Virus record (IMG/VR): IMGVR_UViG_3300037408_000289
Span: 1-43,415 of that record
Source of the DNA: a virus
Taxonomy: Duplodnaviria; Caudoviricetes
Direction: 5' to 3' (one strand)
DNA: 43,415 nt
Shown piece after piece: positions 9,293 to 17,046 of this stretch. Every line of letters starts with the position of its first letter. The first letter of the stretch is position 1. The notes under the pieces were generated by a model, which saw nothing but the letters and a program-made list of their open reading frames with translations, was not told the origin of the DNA and did no database searches. The translations under genes and the position numbers were made by a program.

Positions 9293-10737
9293 TGGGCGAA
9301 GCGTTTAAATATCAGAGTTCGTGGAAGACAGAAGACTGGATGAATACATTTATCCAGGGTTCTGGTACAGTCAATTATATTCCGAAGTGGTCTGATACCA
9401 GAACGCTTACCGACTCCATTATCTCTGATAACGGCTCTATCGTTGACATTAATGGCGAACTCGATGTTAATACTTACGGTAAGTTCGGCACAATGTATAT
9501 CCATTGGACACGGGGGATTTATAGCGTTTCTGTAACCAACAATAAAGTCTTTCCCTACTACCAATCTCCTATCACTTATTTATCAGGAGACCTTTCCGAC
9601 GGCTCGGCGGTAGCGCACTTATTTGATACTTCTGCTACGCTTGCCGCCGCGGGGGATAAATTATTCTCTTTCCGCAACGCCACAGCTGAGAAGGCATCTA
9701 TGGACAAAGACGGAGTATTGACCGCCCCGAATTATATCTCGAATGTAGCCACAGGGACGGCTCCTTACGCCTGCACTTCTACCACCTTAAACACTAATCT
9801 CAACGCCGACCAAGTGGATAGTTTAAACGCTCAAACTTTGACCGCTACTTCACCAATAACTTTATCAGGAACGACCAGCGTCTTGGCTGCGGCGGGGATT
9901 ACTATCGCCCACGATACCACGGCTGGTAACAAACACATTCCTACCGCTGGCGCGGCCGGACAGCTTTTAATCAACAGCGCAGGCACTTCAGGGACAGCGA
10001 AGTGGGCTACGGTTACTGAAGATAGAGGAGCGTTAGGAGCGGTTACTTCAATTGCTTTTCCTACTGCTGCCGCTTCGATGATTGACGCTTATGCGGATAA
10101 TAAAAGCATAGGCATATCGCAAACTCTTTACTCTGACACCGCAGGGCATGCGAATCAGATAACTTGGAACAGAGCCGGCGGCACTGCCGCGTCTCCGGAC
10201 TACTGTCCAGCTAATGCCAATGTCGGTGGCTTCTTTGCCGCATGCTGGATGGGGACAGGGTTTGACAAACGAGCCCAGGTAAAAGTTACCACGCCTTCCG
10301 CCCACGGCTCAGGCGACCAACCTACCCAGTGGGAGTTTATGACTACCGCAGACGGCACCGGCACCATGACCGCTAAGTTGACCATAGGGCATACCGATAC
10401 TATTCAAATAGGCGCGGGACAGGCGGGGATAGATTTCATATTAAAATTTGATGGCGAGACCAATGACGGCCTCCTGACCTGGATGGAAGATGAGGATTAC
10501 TTCAAGTTTGACGACGACATTATGCTTCTTGGCGGGGAGAATATTATATTAGACACCTCAACAGGAACCAAGATAGGCACGGCTACTTCTCAGTTACTTG
10601 GATTTTATAACGCCACGCCTGTTAATCAACCCGATACGGTAGCAGACCCTTCAGGTGGGGGAACGCAGGATGCGGAAGCAAGGACAGCTATTAATGCAAT
10701 TATTGACCGCCTTCAAGAACTTGGACTCATAGCATAG
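9292..10737 (+). CDS. Tail fibre / receptor-binding protein
   Basis: 481 aa, Thr/Gly/Ala-rich, with GT.NYIPKW, GTAP...ST....NLNAD..D and a C-terminal D.EARTAINAII.RL...GLIA, all seen in phage fibres. Confidence 0.7.
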   Translation: MGEAFKYQSSWKTEDWMNTFIQGSGTVNYIPKWSDTRTLTDSIISDNGSIVDINGELDVNTYGKFGTMYIHWTRGIYSVSVTNNKVFPYYQSPITYLSGDLSDGSAVAHLFDTSATLAAAGDKLFSFRNATAEKASMDKDGVLTAPNYISNVATGTAPYACTSTTLNTNLNADQVDSLNAQTLTATSPITLSGTTSVLAAAGITIAHDTTAGNKHIPTAGAAGQLLINSAGTSGTAKWATVTEDRGALGAVTSIAFPTAAASMIDAYADNKSIGISQTLYSDTAGHANQITWNRAGGTAASPDYCPANANVGGFFAACWMGTGFDKRAQVKVTTPSAHGSGDQPTQWEFMTTADGTGTMTAKLTIGHTDTIQIGAGQAGIDFILKFDGETNDGLLTWMEDEDYFKFDDDIMLLGGENIILDTSTGTKIGTATSQLLGFYNATPVNQPDTVADPSGGGTQDAEARTAINAIIDRLQELGLIA

Positions 10738-10744
10738 GAGAGAT

Positions 10745-11005
10745 ATGTACACTCAACAAGACATAGTAGAGCTAAACACAATAATAGAAGCGGACATGGA
10801 AACAGCCCGCCAGATAGAATTAGCCAAGAGTATAATTATTAATATCTTCACTATTTATCTTAGGGGGACGATTGATGATTTGACCCTTACTTCCCAGCAA
10901 TTACTAATCATGAAACAGAGAGCGCAAGATGCTTATAATACTTTACCTTCGGGAGATTTTAAGACTAAGGCATTAGAGATGTATAACTCAATAAACGGAG
11001 GATAA
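10745..11005 (+). CDS. Hypothetical protein (possible fibre chaperone)
   Basis: AGGAG RBS, directly after the fibre gene. Confidence 0.55.
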   Translation: MYTQQDIVELNTIIEADMETARQIELAKSIIINIFTIYLRGTIDDLTLTSQQLLIMKQRAQDAYNTLPSGDFKTKALEMYNSINGG

Positions 11006-11152
11006 ATGGAAGAGATAACTAAACTCAAGGCGGAGGTATTCGATATTGTCGTTCAGATAGAGCAGTTGGTGGCATTAAAGCAACGCAAGCTGGCGGAGTT
11101 GCAGAAATTATTGCAAGAGCAAAATAAGGATAAAATAGATACAAGTAATTAA
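11006..11152 (+). CDS. Small coiled-coil protein, 48 aa (not in the ORF track)
   Basis: GGAGG RBS; MEEITKLKAEVFDIVVQIEQL...; fills the gap between neighbours. Confidence 0.6.
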   Translation: MEEITKLKAEVFDIVVQIEQLVALKQRKLAELQKLLQEQNKDKIDTSN

Positions 11153-11165
11153 GGAGATACTGGTA

Positions 11166-11447
11166 ATGGAAGAACGCCGACGGGACTACCCAGATATAGT
11201 AAATAGGTTGACTATCTTAGAGGTTATGCAACAGAAAGACCTTGATGTGGCAGAGGATTGGCGTAAGAGGTTCTGCACCAAGATAGACAAGCTTACCGAC
11301 CTTGTTTCCACACTTCCCTGCGACAGGCGGGAAGAAAGGTGGCTATCGCAAGGCGTGCAGATAAAATGGATGTGGGGGGTATTGACTTTCTTTGCGACAT
11401 TAGAGGGCGTGTTTATTGCGGCTCTAATAACCCATATAAGCAAATGA
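11166..11447 (+). CDS. Coiled coil with C-terminal TM helix (holin or XhlA-like candidate)
   Basis: MEERRR start, C-terminal hydrophobic helix, AAGGAG RBS, position after the tail genes. Confidence 0.5.
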   Translation: MEERRRDYPDIVNRLTILEVMQQKDLDVAEDWRKRFCTKIDKLTDLVSTLPCDRREERWLSQGVQIKWMWGVLTFFATLEGVFIAALITHISK

Positions 11448-11593
11448 ACATCGAGTGGTGTCGTTGCAACAGAAGAATATTGACATCCGGACAACAGGAA
11501 AAAAATCTCCCTTGTGAATTATGCCAGAAAGAGCATGCCGAGGGGTTTAAGGAAAGAGTGGAAAAAGCGGCACAAAACGAGGAGGAAAAATGA
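11444..11593 (+). CDS. Small Cys-containing (CxC...CxxC) protein
   Basis: ATGA-coupled at both ends; start refined from the track ORF 11339-11593. Confidence 0.45.
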   Translation: MNIEWCRCNRRILTSGQQEKNLPCELCQKEHAEGFKERVEKAAQNEEEK

Positions 11594-11679
11594 ACTGGAT
11601 AGTCGCATTAGCAGGTGCTTTAGTGGGTGGGGCATTGGTTTTAGGCACTCAATACTTACTAAAGAAAGTATTCAAATAA
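11590..11679 (+). CDS. 29-aa single-TM peptide (not in the ORF track)
   Basis: GGAGG RBS; MNWIVALAGALVGGALVLGTQYLLKKVFK. Confidence 0.6.
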   Translation: MNWIVALAGALVGGALVLGTQYLLKKVFK

Positions 11680-11680
11680 A

Positions 11681-12052
11681 TTGGATACGAGCAGATTCAA
11701 CCTTAAATATCTCTTCACTGGCGAAGGCGCGAAGGATTGGTATAAGGCGCTGGGCAATGGTTGGCGGATAGCGGTAATCACGGTTATCGCTATCCTTCTG
11801 CTCTTGGGCTTTATGCGGATCAAAGAGATATTTTTCGGGAAACCCAATTCCCAAAATAGCCGGATAATCGCTTTGCCTTTTTCCCACGTTACTAATCCTC
11901 AAATCACATCGACGCAGATAAATCAGAATAACAGGAAGTGGTGGCAGCCAATCCCCTATATTGCTGTTTATGGCGGGGCGCAGACTAAAGGGGCGGATCT
12001 CGATTTTCAGGTAGGATATGGAGCGCAAGTGGGGATTAGATGGGACTTTTAA
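11681..12052 (+). CDS. Membrane protein with an N-terminal TM helix and C-terminal amphipathic beta-strands ending in Phe
   Basis: TM segment IAVITVIAILLLLGF; C-terminus ...QVGYGAQVGIRWDF. Confidence 0.55.
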   Translation: MDTSRFNLKYLFTGEGAKDWYKALGNGWRIAVITVIAILLLLGFMRIKEIFFGKPNSQNSRIIALPFSHVTNPQITSTQINQNNRKWWQPIPYIAVYGGAQTKGADLDFQVGYGAQVGIRWDF

Positions 12053-12507
12053 TCTACAAAATTGCTATGGTGCTAATCTTCTCAATGATTGCAGGATATT
12101 TATATTATCTTGGTGGTCAGGATGGGCATAATACAAAAGTCCGTGATTTTGGCGTGCCCTTTGTCACTATTATCTTGTTGATATGGTTAGGTTTAAACTA
12201 TTCCGGTTGGATAATCCTGTCACTATTCCTGTCATTCGGCGCGATGTTCGGGGCGATGACCACTTATTGCACCCCTAAAGACCAAGAGGACGTCCACTTT
12301 ATGAACTGGCTATTGACCGGGTGTATGTATGGCTTTACCACAATTCTCCTCGCCTGGGCCACGGGTAATTGGATGGGGTTTTGGATAAGGACAGGGTTTC
12401 TTACCATAATGATACCCCTTTGGTCAGAAATATTTGGAGATGTAAGAATAGAGGCTACGGGCAGGGGATTTTGGTTTACCTTTTCTGCCCCACTTCTACT
12501 TTTATGA
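12040..12507 (+). CDS. Polytopic membrane protein
   Basis: About 5 hydrophobic helices in 155 aa. Confidence 0.65.
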   Translation: MGLLIYKIAMVLIFSMIAGYLYYLGGQDGHNTKVRDFGVPFVTIILLIWLGLNYSGWIILSLFLSFGAMFGAMTTYCTPKDQEDVHFMNWLLTGCMYGFTTILLAWATGNWMGFWIRTGFLTIMIPLWSEIFGDVRIEATGRGFWFTFSAPLLLL

Positions 12508-12522
12508 TGATGTAGGGGGCAA

Positions 12523-13350
12523 ATGCAGTTATTAGAAAAAAGAATCGCTTACAAAAGTAAAGCCGATGTCTTTGACTTAATACCCCTCGGAGACATCCAT
12601 CTCGGTAACGCTGGCTGCGACAAAGAACACCTCAAGAAGATAGTAGACTACATACGGATAACCCCTCGCACGCTTTGGTGCGGTATGGGGGATTTGGTAG
12701 AAGCCATACAGCCAGGCATTGACCCACGATTTGACCCTTACGCTATTGACCCTGAATACTGCATCAAAGACCTTTCTTCCCTGATTTCCAAACAAATCAA
12801 CGATATTAAAAACCTGTTGTTACCCATAAAAGATAAGTGCTTATTTATGCTTACCGGCAACCACGAGGATAATGTTAGGATAAGATATTATCGGGATGTA
12901 ACCCTGGAGTTATGCGTAGCATTAGGCGTTCCTTATGGGGGGTATGACTGCTTCTTCAGGTTAATCTTCAGCCACAGGCCCAAGCTCGTGCTGGGCAAGT
13001 CGTCAACCGTAGTAATCTACGCTAACCACGGGTTCGGCGGGGGGCGAAGGTCAGGGGGGAAGATAAACAAACTTGATGATGTCTGCAACGCCTTTGACGC
13101 TGATATAATCCTCTTAGCCCACGACCATAAGAAGATAGTCAATGACAGCATAAAACTGGGCATACAGAGAACCGACAAATTGAAGCTCGTCCAGAGAAAA
13201 CAGGTCTCCTGTATGACCGGGAGTTTCCTCAAATCCTATGTAGAAAACGCTATGTGTTACGCGGAAAAGAAAGGGTATCACCCCAACGATTTAGGGGTGG
13301 TAAAGATTATGATGAAACCCTGGCATGACGATATTCATTGCAGCCTTTAA
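12523..13350 (+). CDS. Calcineurin-like metallophosphoesterase
   Basis: GDIHLG, MGDLVE, GNHE, NHG and AHDH motifs in the canonical order. Confidence 0.9.
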   Translation: MQLLEKRIAYKSKADVFDLIPLGDIHLGNAGCDKEHLKKIVDYIRITPRTLWCGMGDLVEAIQPGIDPRFDPYAIDPEYCIKDLSSLISKQINDIKNLLLPIKDKCLFMLTGNHEDNVRIRYYRDVTLELCVALGVPYGGYDCFFRLIFSHRPKLVLGKSSTVVIYANHGFGGGRRSGGKINKLDDVCNAFDADIILLAHDHKKIVNDSIKLGIQRTDKLKLVQRKQVSCMTGSFLKSYVENAMCYAEKKGYHPNDLGVVKIMMKPWHDDIHCSL

Positions 13351-13457
13351 CAATTCTCAGGTTGTAAAAAACAGCATTTAGGTTGTAATGGTTCGGAAAG
13401 TGCATACAGATATATGTAGTATCCTATACAGATATAGACGATAACCTATTCAATAAA

Positions 13458-13850
13458 ATGAAAACAACTTCAGACCATAGTGTTAACGCCAACAAAAAGG
13501 TTGAAAGTGAGGGGGAATTTGATTACACGCCCTCGGAAACCATAGGCATTAGGGTCGGCTGTGGTATCTTGTATGCGATTATCTGCCACGATGAGAAGCG
13601 TAGGTTCAAGCGCCTTTTTATACCGAGGAACTCCAAGTTTAACTGCGATCTTGTGTTAAGGGACGGGCTGGCGAGGACAGCGACCTATCAGGGCAAGCGA
13701 AGCCTCAAGCAGTTGATTAAGGATTTGAGGGGAGATAAGTTCTCTCACCATTGCAATAAATACCACGCCGGCTGTCAGGCGGCAAACTGTCAAGACGGAA
13801 TTTCACGGATGTTGTCAATATGGCTAAAAAGAAAAAGAAGAAGAAGATAA
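13458..13850 (+). CDS. Stand-alone TSCPD-like domain protein (resembles the class II RNR C-terminal domain)
   Basis: GCG.LY.II, IK.LRG...C and NCQDGISRML, resembling SCPDAIA..L. Confidence 0.55.
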   Translation: MKTTSDHSVNANKKVESEGEFDYTPSETIGIRVGCGILYAIICHDEKRRFKRLFIPRNSKFNCDLVLRDGLARTATYQGKRSLKQLIKDLRGDKFSHHCNKYHAGCQAANCQDGISRMLSIWLKRKRRRR

Positions 13851-14068
13851 CTCCTGAAGATATACTGACCGATGAAGAAGTAGAGGCGTTCTTCAATATA
13901 TTCAGAAAACCATTACCAAACAAAACCAAGAAGAAGCATAGTAGTCGTTTGGTAACCGCAGATTTAGACTGCACGGGGGTGGAGATTAAGCCGGATGAGA
14001 GGACAGGGAAGATTTCTACGCCCAAGATATTCCCCCAACACTTCGATGATCCCGTAGGCAAGTGGTAA
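13820..14068 (+). CDS. Lys-rich hypothetical protein
   Basis: 82-aa ORF ending just before the 14079 promoter. Confidence 0.5.
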   Translation: MAKKKKKKKITPEDILTDEEVEAFFNIFRKPLPNKTKKKHSSRLVTADLDCTGVEIKPDERTGKISTPKIFPQHFDDPVGKW

Positions 14069-14078
14069 ATCTTTTTCC

Positions 14079-14107
14079 TTGACAATCAAGCCGACTTGTG
14101 GTATATT
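14079..14107 (+). promoter_or_regulatory. Sigma70-type promoter P1 (early)
   Basis: TTGACA-17 nt-TATATT with an extended TG motif, intergenic. Confidence 0.75.
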
Positions 14108-14183
14108 TTAAGCGTAGATAGGGAGAGCAACAAATAACATAAAGTTTCTCGTCGACGAAATGCAAAAAGAGAGTAAATAAGAA

Positions 14184-14657
14184 ATGAAAAGTCCAGCAAG
14201 ACAGGGAAACTTAACTACATCGCCCCGCTTAAATCCGCCGTTAACACGGTGGATTTTTTATGTCTTGCTGGCAAGCGGGGTTTTACTTTGTCCTAATCTC
14301 CACGCAGATGTCAACAAGGCAACACGCGAGATAGGCAATAGCAATGGAGTAAAATATGGCGCTAAGCAGGGCGAAAACTGGTGCGCCTGCTTCGCCACTT
14401 GGGCGTTAGACTTACCCTTAGAGAAGTCAGCCCGGGCGCTCTACAACAAATACCCCAAAGTCAAAGAGCCGAAGCGAGGGGATTTAATCTGCTTTTGGCG
14501 CGAAAGTAGAAACTCTTGGAAAGGACACGTGGGTATTGTCTTAGAATACTCCAAAGACAGGATAGTAACTCTGGAAGGGAATTGTGGTGGCAAGGTTAAA
14601 AAATGTATTTACAAAGAAAACCCATCGAATTTGATGGGTTATGTGAGGGCAAAATAA
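14184..14657 (+). CDS. CHAP-family cysteine peptidase (peptidoglycan hydrolase, endolysin candidate) with a signal-peptide-like N-terminus
   Basis: WCACF (catalytic Cys), PKRGDLICF, GHVGIV (His), LEGN; hydrophobic WIFYVLLASGVLL then LHA. Confidence 0.8.
   Translation: MKSPARQGNLTTSPRLNPPLTRWIFYVLLASGVLLCPNLHADVNKATREIGNSNGVKYGAKQGENWCACFATWALDLPLEKSARALYNKYPKVKEPKRGDLICFWRESRNSWKGHVGIVLEYSKDRIVTLEGNCGGKVKKCIYKENPSNLMGYVRAK
14231..14259 (+). terminator. Intrinsic terminator-like hairpin in the P1 leader, inside the 5' end of the CHAP ORF
   Basis: AAATCCGCCG-TTAACA-CGGTGGATTT running into a T tract. Confidence 0.5.
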
Positions 14658-14769
14658 AAATATTATATGTGTTGTTTATTTTGTTTTTAATTTGGTTTTG
14701 TGGATTTATTTTGGGTTACACTATTTGTAATCATCAATGGATAATGAGTCGACTCAAGGGGGGCGCAAA

Positions 14770-14976
14770 ATGAACATATCAAACATACCAGATGATTTGT
14801 ATTATGGTGATATGGTAAAAGTCATTGATGGATTTTTTAAGGGGCAAATAGGAATAACAAAAGATGCAGAAAGGTCAAGCACAGTTGACCGTTATAGAAT
14901 TGAATTTGAAAATGGAGATACATGTTGGGTAGATGGAGAAGATTTGAGAAGAATAAAACAAGGGGGTGCAAAATGA
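14770..14976 (+). CDS. KOW-motif (SH3-like) small protein
   Basis: GDMVKVIDGFFKGQIG matches the KOW consensus. Confidence 0.6.
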   Translation: MNISNIPDDLYYGDMVKVIDGFFKGQIGITKDAERSSTVDRYRIEFENGDTCWVDGEDLRRIKQGGAK

Positions 14977-15131
14977 TACCACTTGAATTGGACGCAAAGT
15001 ATATACGGATTTATGGGCAAATCTGCCACAGATATTCACAGGGTATTTATACTTGGCAAAGGTTTCACACCAATCTATTGCGTTTGAATAAGGCGTGGGT
15101 AGGGCTGTTAAACAAATACAAAGTGAGGTAA
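14973..15131 (+). CDS. Hypothetical protein
   Basis: ATGA-coupled start with a G-rich RBS. Confidence 0.45.
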   Translation: MIPLELDAKYIRIYGQICHRYSQGIYTWQRFHTNLLRLNKAWVGLLNKYKVR

Positions 15132-15133
15132 AA

Positions 15134-15334
15134 ATGAGCGAACCATACGAAGGATATGAGGAGTGGATAGCGACAATGGAAGCAAAGCCTTTGAGCGTTT
15201 TCTTTGAGGAACAGATTAACAAGTTAGAAGAAGCACTTAAAGAGTTAAGCCAGCTAACTAAGTTCGGTGAGGCGTTAGAGGAATTTCGTAAGCAAATGGC
15301 TCAGGCGATAGATGAGGTGGAAGATGGCCATTAA
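15134..15334 (+). CDS. Hypothetical acidic helical protein
   Basis: GAGGT RBS before ATG 15134. Confidence 0.55.
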   Translation: MSEPYEGYEEWIATMEAKPLSVFFEEQINKLEEALKELSQLTKFGEALEEFRKQMAQAIDEVEDGH

Positions 15335-15977
15335 AGCTAAAGAGAAATACCGACTTGAAGACGGGACGGTAGTCCCCGGCACGACTACTATCATAGGGGA
15401 GTTAGGGTGGAACAAGAATGTCTTGGTGGCCTGGGCGAACAAACTCGGGCTTAACGGCCAAGAGGCGCGTAAGTTCGTGGATGATAAAGCAGCCATCGGT
15501 TCGCTTGCCCACGCCTTCGTCTTAGCCGAACACAAGGGCGAGCAACCTGACACCGCAGACTACACCGCCAACCAGATAGAATTAGCCAAGAACTGTCTTA
15601 AGTCATACTACGAATGGGTAAAAGGGAAAAAAATAGAGCCTATCTTAGTCGAGGCAATGTTAGTGGATGAGGATTTAAGATACGGCGGGACACCTGATTT
15701 CTACGGCAATGTAGACGGCGTGCCTACGCTCTTGGATTACAAAACGGGACGGGGCATCTACGCTGAATACACAATTCAGGTAGCTGCCTACTGCAACCTG
15801 ATTACTCTGAAGGGGCATAAAATTGATAATGTAAGAATATTAAGCATCCCCCGGGCAGATGATGAGGCATTCAGCGAGAAAATCATATCCTTGAAGGAAC
15901 TGCATGCCGGGTTTGAAATCTTCAAACACCTACGTGCCATATGGGATTTGAAGGGCGCACTTAAACGGGAGGGATAA
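15324..15977 (+). CDS. PD-(D/E)XK exonuclease (Cas4-like phage recombination nuclease)
   Basis: PG.TTI, G...H, E..L, YGGTPD, LLDYKT and QVAAY motifs. Confidence 0.85.
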   Translation: MAIKAKEKYRLEDGTVVPGTTTIIGELGWNKNVLVAWANKLGLNGQEARKFVDDKAAIGSLAHAFVLAEHKGEQPDTADYTANQIELAKNCLKSYYEWVKGKKIEPILVEAMLVDEDLRYGGTPDFYGNVDGVPTLLDYKTGRGIYAEYTIQVAAYCNLITLKGHKIDNVRILSIPRADDEAFSEKIISLKELHAGFEIFKHLRAIWDLKGALKREG

Positions 15978-16228
15978 TGGAACTGACCAGCGCGGAACTA
16001 AGCAACAAGATGGACGAAGTGGAGAAGGAACTCTCTATCGGACTGCAAGCTCACCAAGAAGTCGAGCAGGCAATCCTTAGATTGCAAAGAGACATCTTAG
16101 AAAAACAGACCCAAAAGAAAGACTTGGAAATTGCTTTAAGTAAAGCGAGCCATAACAACAAGCAGTTAACCATAACCCTGAAGCTTCTGACCAACCAGTT
16201 TTGGGCAGCCAAGCACGCGGGGTTATAA
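15977..16228 (+). CDS. Coiled-coil hypothetical protein
   Basis: GGAGG RBS, TAATG coupling. Confidence 0.6.
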   Translation: MELTSAELSNKMDEVEKELSIGLQAHQEVEQAILRLQRDILEKQTQKKDLEIALSKASHNNKQLTITLKLLTNQFWAAKHAGL

Positions 16229-16241
16229 AAAGGGAGGAGTT

Positions 16242-16523
16242 ATGAAGTGTCCAGATTGTGGCGGAGAAATGTGGGATAATACAGCACCAGGAGCAAAGAA
16301 GAACCCTAAAGGGCCTGATTACAAATGCAAAGACAAGAACTGTAACAAGGCGGTTTGGCTTAAGAAAACATCAAGCATCCCATCAAGCACTCCAACAAAC
16401 GGAGCGGCAACCCTGTTATTGACCGAGGCGGTGGCGGTGTTGAAGGATATTAGGACATTACTCAAAGGGAATGTCATAGGCACTTTGCCTCACGAAGAAG
16501 GAAACATAACCTTCGAGGAATAG
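16242..16523 (+). CDS. Zinc-ribbon protein (CPDC...PKGPDYKC...C), recombination-associated
   Basis: Two Cys pairs, GGAGG RBS, close to the exonuclease. Confidence 0.6.
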   Translation: MKCPDCGGEMWDNTAPGAKKNPKGPDYKCKDKNCNKAVWLKKTSSIPSSTPTNGAATLLLTEAVAVLKDIRTLLKGNVIGTLPHEEGNITFEE

Positions 16524-16532
16524 GAGGCCAGC

Positions 16533-16841
16533 ATGAACGAAACCGAAATAAGAAACCATAACCTTACCGCGGAGACCAAGATTAACCTGGCTGCGGTAAA
16601 CTCCGCTCACCTTACCGGACAGGCCCGAAGGCTGCATGTATTCTTGGCGACACGCGCTAACCAATGGATTGCCCTGCCGGAGATACTTGGACTTGGCATT
16701 GCCCAGTATAATGCCCGTATTCACGAACTACGCCAGCAAGGTTACACTATCTTAAACAAGACTGAGCGCAAGGAAGGACAAAGACATTCGTGGTTTATGT
16801 ATGTTCCAAATAGGAACGCGCTGCAATTAAGTTTTGCATAA
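16533..16841 (+). CDS. Winged helix-turn-helix DNA-binding protein
   Basis: QYNARIHELRQQGYTI motif. Confidence 0.7.
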   Translation: MNETEIRNHNLTAETKINLAAVNSAHLTGQARRLHVFLATRANQWIALPEILGLGIAQYNARIHELRQQGYTILNKTERKEGQRHSWFMYVPNRNALQLSFA

Positions 16842-16847
16842 TAATAC

Positions 16848-16875
16848 TTGACAGGGGTTAATATTGTGGTAAAAT
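16848..16875 (+). promoter_or_regulatory. Sigma70-type promoter P2 (replication/middle operon)
   Basis: TTGACA-16 nt-TAAAAT with an extended TG motif. Confidence 0.65.
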
Positions 16876-16946
16876 GTTTGAGTAATGATAGAACCTTACG
16901 CGAGAGAGGGAGAGTGGAGTGTCAAATGAGAATAAAAAAAATGATT

Positions 16947-16979
16947 AGCTCGGCGAGAAAAAATTGTCGAGCTTTTTCT
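16947..16979 (+). terminator. Intrinsic terminator-like hairpin in the P2 leader
   Basis: AGCTCGGCGA/TTGTCGAGCT 10-bp stem (2 G-U pairs) followed by TTTTCT. Confidence 0.5.
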
Positions 16980-17046
16980 ATGCCCCAGGTATCTCGCGAT
17001 TTAATTGGACACTCCAGCCTGGGGTTAATTATTTATTGGAGCGGCC

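Noticed and set aside
15324-15977. Cas4 as part of a CRISPR system
   Set aside because: No four-Cys Fe-S set, no other cas genes and no array; it fits a stand-alone phage exonuclease.
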